NCBI GenBank assembly: GCA_016932815.1
Contig: JAFGCC010000002.1
Location: 1,889-65,888, forward strand
Source of the DNA: Candidatus Micrarchaeota archaeon
GTDB lineage: Archaea; Micrarchaeota; Micrarchaeia; Anstonellales; Bilamarchaeaceae
DNA length: 64,000 nt
Direction of reading: 5' to 3'
The position numbers were made by a program, and so were the translations under genes. The notes under the pieces were generated by a model. That model was not told where the DNA came from, did no database searches, and saw nothing but the letters and a program-made list of their open reading frames with translations. This document shows positions 19,279-27,019 of this stretch, piece by piece (the stretch's first letter is position 1; the number at the start of each line of letters is the position of its first letter).

Positions 19279-19818
19279 ATGAGCGAAGAAAAAGAAAAGG
19301 CTGCGGAAAAAGAAGCTGCGGCGCAAGATAAGGACGCGAAAGAAGAGGCTCCCGCAAAGGCGAAGAAGGAAGAGGTAGTGGAAGCTTCCGCTCCCGAGAA
19401 AGACGAGGCGGACAAGCCCGCAAAGAAAAAGAAGCCGGGAAAGCTGGCAGTCGTCCACGTATATTCTTCCAAGAATGACACTATTATTACCGCAACGGAC
19501 ATAAGCGGTGCGGAAACCCTGTCCTGGGCAAGCGGCGGAATGATGGTCAAATCCTCAAGGGAAGAGGGCAAGCCATACGCTGCGATGCAGGCTGCGCAGA
19601 AAATCGTAAACGACCTGCGCGAGAAGGGAGTGGACACTGTCCACATAAAAATCCGCGCACCCGGCGGAAACGGCTCCAAGACTCCGGGCGGAGGCGCACA
19701 GGCAGTCGTCCGTACCATTGCGCGCATGAAGATGCGCGTCGGGAGAATTGAAGATGTTACACCCATACCAACCGACTCCATGAAAAGGGCAGGAGGAAGA
19801 AGGGGAAGGAGGGTGTAG
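19279..19818 (+). CDS. rps11: 30S ribosomal protein uS11
   Basis: [26 protein letters not shown]. Confidence 0.97.
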   Translation: MSEEKEKAAEKEAAAQDKDAKEEAPAKAKKEEVVEASAPEKDEADKPAKKKKPGKLAVVHVYSSKNDTIITATDISGAETLSWASGGMMVKSSREEGKPYAAMQAAQKIVNDLREKGVDTVHIKIRAPGGNGSKTPGGGAQAVVRTIARMKMRVGRIEDVTPIPTDSMKRAGGRRGRRV

Positions 19819-19821
19819 AGC

Positions 19822-20397
19822 ATGAAAGCGGAACTTGCAGACTCCAGGGAGAACAGGCTGTCGCTCAAAGTGAGCGGCGCCGAGCTCCCCCTCCTAAATG
19901 CAATTAGGAGGTATTCAATGAGCAGGGTTCCCGTGCTTGCAATAGACAAGATTTCCATGTATGAGAACACCTCATCCATGTTCGATGAATACATCTCGCA
20001 CCGCATAGGGCTGCTTCCTATTGTGACTCCCAAGTCCACAAAAGACGGCATGGAAGTGCAGTTCTCAATCGACGAGGCTGGCCCCAAGATGGTTTATTCT
20101 GGGGACTTTAAGTGCGCGGACAAGGAAGCGGCAATGGCGAAAGACAGGATTCCCATAATTACCCTCTTTGAGGAGCAGAACCTCAGGCTTGAGGGCACCG
20201 CGGTAGTTGGGCGCGGGATAACCCACGCGAAGTTCCAGGCGGGGCTCGTTGCATACGGCGAAGACGAAAAAGGCGGAGTGACGCTCAAGGCAGAGAGCTT
20301 CTTCCAGATGGAGCCTGCCGAGATGCTCGTTCGCGGATGCAAGGAGCTGGAAAACGACCTTGCGGAACTGGCCAAGGCGCTCAAGAAGGCGAAGTGA
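19822..20397 (+). CDS. rpoD: DNA-directed RNA polymerase subunit D (Rpo3), no Fe-S domain
   Basis: NAIRR, VPVLAID, ENTSSMFDEYISHRIGLLP, HAKFQ. Confidence 0.95.
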   Translation: MKAELADSRENRLSLKVSGAELPLLNAIRRYSMSRVPVLAIDKISMYENTSSMFDEYISHRIGLLPIVTPKSTKDGMEVQFSIDEAGPKMVYSGDFKCADKEAAMAKDRIPIITLFEEQNLRLEGTAVVGRGITHAKFQAGLVAYGEDEKGGVTLKAESFFQMEPAEMLVRGCKELENDLAELAKALKKAK

Positions 20398-20436
20398 AGC
20401 CTTCCCTCCTTTAATTTGTTTTTAGGTGGCCTAAAA

Positions 20437-21465
20437 ATGGCCCAGGATGATGGTTCTTGCTGCCCCAAAAAAGAGGGCATTTCTTTTTCCCCGAAGGTTG
20501 TTTCCGAATTCTCAAAAAAGCAATACGGGATTGTGGGGAATCATTCTGCCGTTCAAATCTGCGGGTGGACCAAGAGGTTCCTCCGCGGAAAGGGCGCATG
20601 CTACAAAAACAAGTTTTACGGGGCGGATACGGCTTCGTGTGCGCAGATGAGCCCTTCTGCGGCGTGGTGCTCGCAAAACTGCATATTCTGCTGGAGGCCC
20701 ATGGAATGGATGGAATTCAAGCAGATGGATTCTTCTTGTGTTGATTCGCCATGTTCCATCATTGAGGGGGTTGTTGCGGCCAAACGCAAATTAATTAGCG
20801 GCCTTGGGGGGGCTGAAGATGTTAATGAGGAACTCTTTAGGGAGGCTCTTGATTCCTTTCCAAAGCATTGGGCGATAAGTTTAAGCGGGGAGCCTACGCT
20901 TTATCCGCGCCTTCCGGAAATGATTAAGCTGCTAAAAGAACACGGGGAGGTAAAGAGCGTATTCTTGGTTTCCAACGGGCAGCATCCTTCCATGCTGCTT
21001 AGGTTAAAGGAAGAGGGGGCTTTGCCCACGCAGCTCTACATTTCCGTTGACGCTGCGGAGCCGGAAACTTTTTCCAAGGTGAACGTGCCCGTTTTTTCGG
21101 ATGGGTGGGAGAGGCTTGGGAAAACCTTGTCTGTGCTAAACGATTTGAAATGCAGGAGGGTTTTGCGCTTTACCGTGATTAAAGGGCTCAACGATTTAGA
21201 GTGGATGCTTCCGTTGTATGCTAAGATGTTTGAAGATAGCGGGGCGGATTTTATCGAAGTGAAAGCTTACATGTGGCTGGGGTATTCGCGGCGCAGGCTT
21301 TCCGGGGAGAACATGCCCACGCACGAGTACGTAAAGGAACTCTGCGGCAAGCTGCTAGGATTCATGGGCAACTATCGCTTTGAGGATGAGGATTCCAATT
21401 CGCGGATTGTCCTGCTCAAGCGCAAAGACAGCGTTTATGAAAACGTGATAAGCAATGTCGGATGA
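20437..21465 (+). CDS. taw1: tRNA 4-demethylwyosine synthase (radical SAM, Taw1/TYW1)
   Basis: HSAVQICGWT, CYKNKFYG, CSQNCIFCWR, AISLSGEPTLY, FIEVKAY. Confidence 0.94.
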   Translation: MAQDDGSCCPKKEGISFSPKVVSEFSKKQYGIVGNHSAVQICGWTKRFLRGKGACYKNKFYGADTASCAQMSPSAAWCSQNCIFCWRPMEWMEFKQMDSSCVDSPCSIIEGVVAAKRKLISGLGGAEDVNEELFREALDSFPKHWAISLSGEPTLYPRLPEMIKLLKEHGEVKSVFLVSNGQHPSMLLRLKEEGALPTQLYISVDAAEPETFSKVNVPVFSDGWERLGKTLSVLNDLKCRRVLRFTVIKGLNDLEWMLPLYAKMFEDSGADFIEVKAYMWLGYSRRRLSGENMPTHEYVKELCGKLLGFMGNYRFEDEDSNSRIVLLKRKDSVYENVISNVG

Positions 21466-21583
21466 GGCTTCGTGCAGGCGCGCTATTGGGCAATCTCTCC
21501 GAGATTTGCGGGTTTGCTCCTGGTTTTTCGTGCGGCGGGGCCTTAGGTAACACTTATAAGCTGTTTATACAACAAATCATAGT

Positions 21584-21997
21584 ATGGAATGCAAGACAAT
21601 CCATGCCCATCCCAAATGCGAGCCTCCCCGCAATAAGCAGCTGCCTGCTGTCAACTGGGGCAAGCTGATACTAGCTGCAGGGGGTGTGAGCGCGCTCGTT
21701 AGCGGGGCGTTCCTGTTTGGGTATTCTTCCTCCCAATCCACCGAGGTAAAATATACTTCGGGCGCCCAGGAGCCGGCAAAGCCCTGCATATGCACGCAGG
21801 AGGATACTCCCGCGGAGCGGAGGGATAAGCTTCGCGGGGACGTGCGCAAGCTAAGGGAACTCCGAAGTACCGTGGAGAGGGCGATGCTGGAGCTTGAAAT
21901 CCTCTCTGCGGACATCAGGGGGAAGCTGGATGCGCTTGAAGCTGGGGAAGTTGATGATTCCCTTGAGGGGGAGAAATCTCCTGCGGATACTAATTAG
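21584..21997 (+). CDS. Array member A: single-TM coiled-coil protein with CxC after the TM
   Basis: TM LILAAGGVSALVSGAFLFGY, PCIC, heptad E/L/R-rich C half; AT-rich promoter-like sequence upstream. Confidence 0.75.
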   Translation: MECKTIHAHPKCEPPRNKQLPAVNWGKLILAAGGVSALVSGAFLFGYSSSQSTEVKYTSGAQEPAKPCICTQEDTPAERRDKLRGDVRKLRELRSTVERAMLELEILSADIRGKLDALEAGEVDDSLEGEKSPADTN

Positions 21998-22011
21998 CTG
22001 GGTTTTAGGCG

Positions 22012-22437
22012 GTGGGCACTTTGCGGAAAATTGAGGTTAAGGGAAAACTTGCAGACACCGTTCATCCATTGCGGAGAATCCAGGTGTGGAAGCCTGCACC
22101 AGAATCCATTATGGTTGTTCAAAAGGCCCCGGTTCGCAGGCCCCCAAAATGGAAGAATGCCCTGCTAGTTTGCGCCATGTCCGCCTTCGTTGTGGCGGAG
22201 GGGTATTTCGTATTCAGCGACCTCAAGAGGCGCGTGGATGAGATACGTGCGGAAATCGGTTGTGAGGGAGATGGGCTCAAGCGGGATAGCAAGAGCCTCA
22301 GGGCACAGGTTGAGAGGCTAATGGAGAATTCCAATCGCATCGCCCTGGAGCAGGAAGCGATTTGGAGGGAGCTTGAGAGGCGCTACGGCGGGGATGCGGG
22401 GCTTGTGCGCTGCCCGGAAGGCGAAGAGTGCAGGTAG
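22012..22437 (+). CDS. Array member B: single-TM coiled-coil protein ending LVRCPEGEECR
   Basis: TM ALLVCAMSAFVVAEGYFVF; coiled coil; shared C-terminal motif. Confidence 0.8.
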   Translation: MGTLRKIEVKGKLADTVHPLRRIQVWKPAPESIMVVQKAPVRRPPKWKNALLVCAMSAFVVAEGYFVFSDLKRRVDEIRAEIGCEGDGLKRDSKSLRAQVERLMENSNRIALEQEAIWRELERRYGGDAGLVRCPEGEECR

Positions 22438-22438
22438 C

Positions 22439-22480
22439 TGGATTTGCTTTTTAAACTTTCCTTTACACTAATTATAACTT
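22439..22480 (+). promoter_or_regulatory. Repeated array promoter, copy 1 (TTTTTAAAC...CACTAATTATAACTT-ATG)
   Basis: Alignable with 25342-25383 and 26472-26506; TATA-like box ~30 nt before an ATG. Confidence 0.65.
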
Positions 22481-22499
22481 ATGAATAGTAAGGGCCTTC

Positions 22500-22997
22500 A
22501 TGTTACGGGGGGTGGAAGCAGGAATCGGGGAAACTGCGCCAGTACCATCAGGGGGGGGTGCTAAAAAGCCAGGGGCACGCTGGGGAAGGCGGATATTTAC
22601 TGCAACCCTCATAGCATATGCTGCCGTTGTTTGCAGCCCCTTGGGTGAGCGGGGAACGGCTACGGGGAATCCGGGCAAGCTTGGGGGCGGGGCAGTTGAA
22701 AGCCGAAAACCCCCAAAAGATATCGGAAAAGAGCTATCTAAAATACGAAGCGGGATTTCCGAACTGCAGGAAATGCAGGGGGAGATTCTAGAGGGCCAGG
22801 CATTGATGATAGATGATATACGGGAGATGTCAGAGAACCGGGAGAGGAACCGAGGGGAAATGGAACGGGAACTCAACGAACTAATGGAAAGCCGCACCAG
22901 GCAGATGAGGGCACTGGATGCAATCGAATGGGAATTGGGCAGGCGGGAAGGGAAATTGCCCATTTTGCGCTGTGGTGATGGAGGAGAATGCAAATGA
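22500..22997 (+). CDS. Array member C: single-TM coiled-coil protein ending ILRCGDGGECK (start uncertain)
   Basis: TM IFTATLIAYAAVVC; coiled coil; shared motif. Confidence 0.78.
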   Translation: MLRGVEAGIGETAPVPSGGGAKKPGARWGRRIFTATLIAYAAVVCSPLGERGTATGNPGKLGGGAVESRKPPKDIGKELSKIRSGISELQEMQGEILEGQALMIDDIREMSENRERNRGEMERELNELMESRTRQMRALDAIEWELGRREGKLPILRCGDGGECK

Positions 22998-23638
22998 TTA
23001 GGCAGATGCACCGGAATTTTAAGTGCGTTATCCCTTCACCCAAACGCAATTTCGGCAGGGGGGCAAATGCTGGGTGGAATGTGCAGGGAAGGATGCTTGC
23101 GAAAGTTGAAACCGCCAAGCTTCCGCTGCCGAAAATCCGGGGGCGCAAACCCCGGGCGGAATCCGTAACCAAGGCGGAGAAGGAAACCCGGCAGATGGAC
23201 CGGAAATTGAAACTCCAGATCCAGCTGATTGTTTGCGGCACTTGCGCAACGATAATTGGAATATGTGCGGGGGCATTTTATTTCATGAGCAGGGAAATGC
23301 TCGCCCTAAACTCGGACATAGAAAGGCTCGCACAGGCTGTAGGGCCCATGCAGGAGGGCCTAGATGAGATTGACGGAATGGCAGAAGATTTGGAACGCAT
23401 AGAAAACGACCTTGAGGCCATGAGCGAAAATTTGAGAGGGCTTGGTGGAATAGAAAAGGACCTTGAATATGGAAGGGCGGAGCAGGGGCTTATCTGGAAG
23501 GCGATTATGCTGGATGCGGAGGGGAAGCTGGGGCCTGCGGAAAAGGCGGAACTCGAGGCGGAGCGGAGAGAGCTTAAGAGGCGCTATGAGAGCCGCAACC
23601 GGATTGTCCGCTGCCCGGAAGGAGGCGAATGCAAATGA
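22994..23638 (+). CDS. Array member D: MIRQMHR leader, single TM, coiled coil, ends IVRCPEGGECK
   Basis: ATGA overlap with previous gene; TM LIVCGTCATIIGICAGAFYF. Confidence 0.82.
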   Translation: MIRQMHRNFKCVIPSPKRNFGRGANAGWNVQGRMLAKVETAKLPLPKIRGRKPRAESVTKAEKETRQMDRKLKLQIQLIVCGTCATIIGICAGAFYFMSREMLALNSDIERLAQAVGPMQEGLDEIDGMAEDLERIENDLEAMSENLRGLGGIEKDLEYGRAEQGLIWKAIMLDAEGKLGPAEKAELEAERRELKRRYESRNRIVRCPEGGECK

Positions 23639-24270
23639 TTAGGCAGATGCACAGGATTCTGGATAATGGGAAACACACTATTAGGCCCAAGCGGGGCTTT
23701 GGCAATAGCGGCAACTTATTGCGCAACAGGCAGGTTCTGGAAGAAGGTGCTGCCGCGCTTCGCAGGCAGAAGGGGAGTGTCCCCCTGCCTCTCCCAACTG
23801 GGGAGGGTGCCCTCTACAAAGCAGCCATGCACGTTGCGGAAAAATGGAAATCCGATAAGCCTTTCCGCAAAAAGGTAATCCTTGCTGCCATCATAGTTGC
23901 GCTTGCAGCAGGAGAAGTGCATGCGTGCAGCACGTATGCGCAGAATTACTACGAGAAGGTGCAGATGCAGGAGGCGGCGCGGGCGGAGCGGAGGAGATAC
24001 ATCCTAAAGCAACTCGCTGAAATGGAAGAGAGGATTGACCGATTAGTTGAAAAGCGGGCGGATGCCCTGGAGCAGCAGGTGGAGCAACAGGAAGAAACGA
24101 TAAAGAAAGTTATTGAGGGGCAGCAGCGCGACAGGGAGAACTTCCGCATCATAAGAAGGGAACTCAGGCTCATTCAGGAGCACATGGTAAGGCAGGGGCA
24201 TACGTTTGATGGCGGGCTGGTTGAGGAAGAGCCTATTGTGCGCTGCGAAGATGGGGGAGAATGCAAATGA
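23635..24270 (+). CDS. Array member E: MIRQMHR leader, single TM, coiled coil, ends IVRCEDGGECK
   Basis: ATGA overlap; TM VILAAIIVALAAG. Confidence 0.82.
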   Translation: MIRQMHRILDNGKHTIRPKRGFGNSGNLLRNRQVLEEGAAALRRQKGSVPLPLPTGEGALYKAAMHVAEKWKSDKPFRKKVILAAIIVALAAGEVHACSTYAQNYYEKVQMQEAARAERRRYILKQLAEMEERIDRLVEKRADALEQQVEQQEETIKKVIEGQQRDRENFRIIRRELRLIQEHMVRQGHTFDGGLVEEEPIVRCEDGGECK

Positions 24271-24776
24271 TTCGGCAGCGGCACCGGAATTTGCAGCGCG
24301 TTGTTCCTGCACCTAAGCGGAACTTTGGGAAGAAGAATAATGATGCGTGGAAGGTGCAAAACAGGATGCTCACGGAAGTGGGAACCCGGGGATGCCCCAT
24401 GCGGAAAACCGAAATCCCAAAAGAAAGGCCCCTCTATGGGATGGTTGCGCGGGCTGCGGAAAGAAAGAGGCCGCAGATTGCACTTGCAGGGTGCCTGCTC
24501 CTTGCGGGAGTGCTTACTGCGGCAGTTGCATGCTTCGCGTACGTTTGTTATAAAAAAATCGAAGCGCGGGACAGGGCGCTGGAGCAGAAGAGCGAGGAGA
24601 GATTCGGGGGGATAGAATCGAGGGCGAACCAGGACTTCAACCGGCTTGTTGAAACGCTCCAGAAGCTGGATGTTGGGGGTCTTGACAAGAAGCTCAGGAA
24701 GCTGGAAAAGGCGGAGTTCGGGGAAGAATGGAAACCGCCCATTGTCCGCTGCCCGGAGGGGGAAGAATGCAAATGA
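24267..24776 (+). CDS. Array member F: MIRQRHR leader, single TM, coiled coil, ends IVRCPEGEECK
   Basis: ATGA overlap; TM IALAGCLLLAGVLTAAVACFAYVCY. Confidence 0.82.
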   Translation: MIRQRHRNLQRVVPAPKRNFGKKNNDAWKVQNRMLTEVGTRGCPMRKTEIPKERPLYGMVARAAERKRPQIALAGCLLLAGVLTAAVACFAYVCYKKIEARDRALEQKSEERFGGIESRANQDFNRLVETLQKLDVGGLDKKLRKLEKAEFGEEWKPPIVRCPEGEECK

Positions 24777-25339
24777 GGAAGCAGATGCACCGCAATTTAC
24801 AGCGCGTTGTCCCTTTACCCAAGCGGAACTTTGGAAAGAAAGCGGATGATGCTTGGAGAGTTCATGGCAGGCTGCCCTCAAATGTTGAAACTGCGGGCTG
24901 CCCCCTGCGGAGAATTCCAATTAAGAAAGAGGGGCCCCTGCATACTGCCACGGTTAACGCTGGGGGTGAGGGGAAACCAAGAGCATCCCTGCTAAAGCAA
25001 CTGCTGTTGGCGGGGGTAATTGGTGCGGCAATCGGGTATGGATATTACAAGCTTACTGGGGACATCGATGCGAGAAACGAGGCACGGACGCAGGAACTCA
25101 TGCGGAAACTAGACGAGTTTGAAGCCGAACTAGCCGGGCCGGAAGGAAGCATCGCCAGGAGGTTTGAAGAAATAGAGCAGCGGCAGTATGAGAGGGCGAT
25201 AATGATAGAGGACCTGAAGGAAAACCTCGCACAACAGATGCAGGGCCTCCTAGAAAAGATTGATGAGGTTGAGAGGGTAAGGGGCGGGGGCAAGGCGAAG
25301 GAGATTGTCCGCTGCCCGGAAGGGGGGGAATGCAAATAG
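24773..25339 (+). CDS. Array member G: MRKQMHR leader, single TM, coiled coil, ends IVRCPEGGECK
   Basis: ATGA overlap; TM LLLAGVIGAAIGYGYY; leader closely similar to member F. Confidence 0.82.
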   Translation: MRKQMHRNLQRVVPLPKRNFGKKADDAWRVHGRLPSNVETAGCPLRRIPIKKEGPLHTATVNAGGEGKPRASLLKQLLLAGVIGAAIGYGYYKLTGDIDARNEARTQELMRKLDEFEAELAGPEGSIARRFEEIEQRQYERAIMIEDLKENLAQQMQGLLEKIDEVERVRGGGKAKEIVRCPEGGECK

Positions 25340-25341
25340 CC

Positions 25342-25383
25342 GGATTTTCTTTTTTAAACCTTTTCATACACTAAATACGACTT
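25342..25383 (+). promoter_or_regulatory. Repeated array promoter, copy 2
   Basis: GGATTTTCTTTTTTAAACCTTTTCATACACTAAATACGACTT-ATG; same spacing as copy 1. Confidence 0.65.
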
Positions 25384-25818
25384 ATGGAGAAAACCGCTCC
25401 CCCCAAACGGAGTTCCAATGCGCCGGTTCCAGACGCCATAGACATGGCCAGGCTTGAGAAGGCCGTAGAACGGGCAATCCGGGAGAGGTTCGCAAAGGCA
25501 GAGCGTGAGAAGCCGCGGGCAAGGTGGGGCGTTAGGCTCCTCGTTGCGGGGGCGCTTGCTGGCGGAATCGGGCTGGCTGCGTGGAAACTGGATAACCTGG
25601 AAACCAAGGTTGAGAAAATTTCCGATGAAAGTGCCAGGATGAGAGCGAGAGTAGACCAGACTGAGAAAAACGTCAGCGAATTGGCAGAGACGATGTCCGA
25701 AATCCTTGCTAGGATGGACGGGCTGGTTGAAGGCATTCAAAAAATTGCGGAGGAGGTGGGGTACGAAAGGGAGCAGGAATCCCTTATTCGCTGCCCGGAA
25801 GGGGGGGAATGCAAATGA
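25384..25818 (+). CDS. Array member H: single-TM coiled-coil protein ending LIRCPEGGECK
   Basis: TM LLVAGALAGGIGLAAW; KPRARWG resembles KPGARWG of member C. Confidence 0.82.
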   Translation: MEKTAPPKRSSNAPVPDAIDMARLEKAVERAIRERFAKAEREKPRARWGVRLLVAGALAGGIGLAAWKLDNLETKVEKISDESARMRARVDQTEKNVSELAETMSEILARMDGLVEGIQKIAEEVGYEREQESLIRCPEGGECK

Positions 25819-26471
25819 AGAAAAGGCCGCCGTACCTGAAGCTCGCTTATTCTAGGCCGAAGGAGTTGGAGGTCCAAGAGCGCAGGAGCCCGTGGGAGGG
25901 GAACGCCTCCGCCCCGAAGCATCTGGAAGCGGTGCCCCCCAGCCCGCCCGCGGGGTTTAAGGCCAAATCCTCCTGGGGAAAGAGGCTGATGGTTGCGGGA
26001 ATCTTCGTGTCATTTACGCTCTTCTGCAGGCAGCCGGGAGAGGATAAAAAGCCCCGGGGAATTGGAAGAAGGGGCTCTTCGGAAGTTAGCGAAATCGACA
26101 AATCCAGCACGGATATCCGGGAGGCATCCGGAGACATCCGCAAGGCTACCCAGGAGATAGAAGAATCCAACCGGGAGTTCATAAAATACATGGAACGGCA
26201 AAGCCGGGAGTTTTCGAAATTCATGGAGGAGAAAAACAGGGAGATTGAGGAATCGGGGAAAGGGTTAGACGCGCAACTAGAGGCGCTGAAGGCGGTAAAC
26301 AGGCGCCTTGAGAGGAGCGTGAGGGGGCTCTCCGGGGAATCGAAAAAGCTCAATGAAGGCGCGGATGGCGTGCTAAAGAAGACAGAGAATGTCCAGGGGC
26401 AGCAGAGAAAAATCCTAAGGCGGCTGCGCAGGATGGAAAACCAGCGCGGAGCGGAAAAAGGGGCTCAATAA
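25815..26471 (+). CDS. Array member I: single-TM long coiled-coil protein (no Cys tail)
   Basis: ATGA overlap; WGKRLMVAGIFVSFTLFC; internal repeat NREFIKYME/SREFSKFME. Confidence 0.8.
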   Translation: MKKRPPYLKLAYSRPKELEVQERRSPWEGNASAPKHLEAVPPSPPAGFKAKSSWGKRLMVAGIFVSFTLFCRQPGEDKKPRGIGRRGSSEVSEIDKSSTDIREASGDIRKATQEIEESNREFIKYMERQSREFSKFMEEKNREIEESGKGLDAQLEALKAVNRRLERSVRGLSGESKKLNEGADGVLKKTENVQGQQRKILRRLRRMENQRGAEKGAQ

Positions 26472-26506
26472 GGGTTTTTAACCTTTCTCCCACTAATTAT
26501 AACCAT
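26472..26506 (+). promoter_or_regulatory. Repeated array promoter, copy 3
   Basis: GGGTTTTTAACCTTTCTCCCACTAATTATAACCAT-ATG. Confidence 0.62.
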
Positions 26507-27019
26507 ATGAGGATGCTCAGGCAACTCCCTGCGGAAAAAAGCGGCAAGCCCAATAAACCATGGAAGGTGAATCCATGGAAACCAAGCGAGAAAGCCAAGG
26601 ACCGCATGCTAATAGCAGGGCTGGCAATAGTATTTACCGTGGGCCCGGCATCGATAGTGTATAATCTCTCTAGGATATCCAATGCAAATGGCGGGCCTGC
26701 TGAATCGGGCGCAAAAGAAGAAGCATACGTGCCCCCAAAAAGAGAAGAGGGGAACTCCCGGGAAACGCTGCAGGGAATCCTGGAAGCAAGGCGCGCGATA
26801 AGCAGGAGGGGGAGGGAACTTGATTTGATAGACTCCATGCCTGCGGGAGAGGAAAAGAACGCAGCCATAAAGAAGTTCTTATGGGGGATGAACGAAGGCT
26901 GCGAAGAAAGCGCAATGGGGGAAATGAGCGACTCAATCTACAGGCTGGAAATGATGATAGAAGATATCAGGGCGAAGCAGGAAGAAGGATGCGGGTGCAC
27001 AAACGAACCTAAGAAGTGA
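26507..27019 (+). CDS. Array member J: single-TM helical protein ending GCGCTNEPKK
   Basis: TM MLIAGLAIVFTVGPASIVY; near-terminal CxC; 3' end overlaps purP stop. Confidence 0.75.
   Translation: MRMLRQLPAEKSGKPNKPWKVNPWKPSEKAKDRMLIAGLAIVFTVGPASIVYNLSRISNANGGPAESGAKEEAYVPPKREEGNSRETLQGILEARRAISRRGRELDLIDSMPAGEEKNAAIKKFLWGMNEGCEESAMGEMSDSIYRLEMMIEDIRAKQEEGCGCTNEPKK

Noticed and set aside
22402-25818. ~36-bp repeats read as a CRISPR or integron attC array
   Set aside because: Spacing is about 480-640 bp, copies vary at synonymous codon positions, they are not palindromic, and no cas or integrase gene is in the window.
16097-27019. Integrated provirus or island starting at tRNA-Ser
   Set aside because: The tRNA-end duplication is only 65 bp away, core ribosomal genes follow, and there are no integrase or virion genes.
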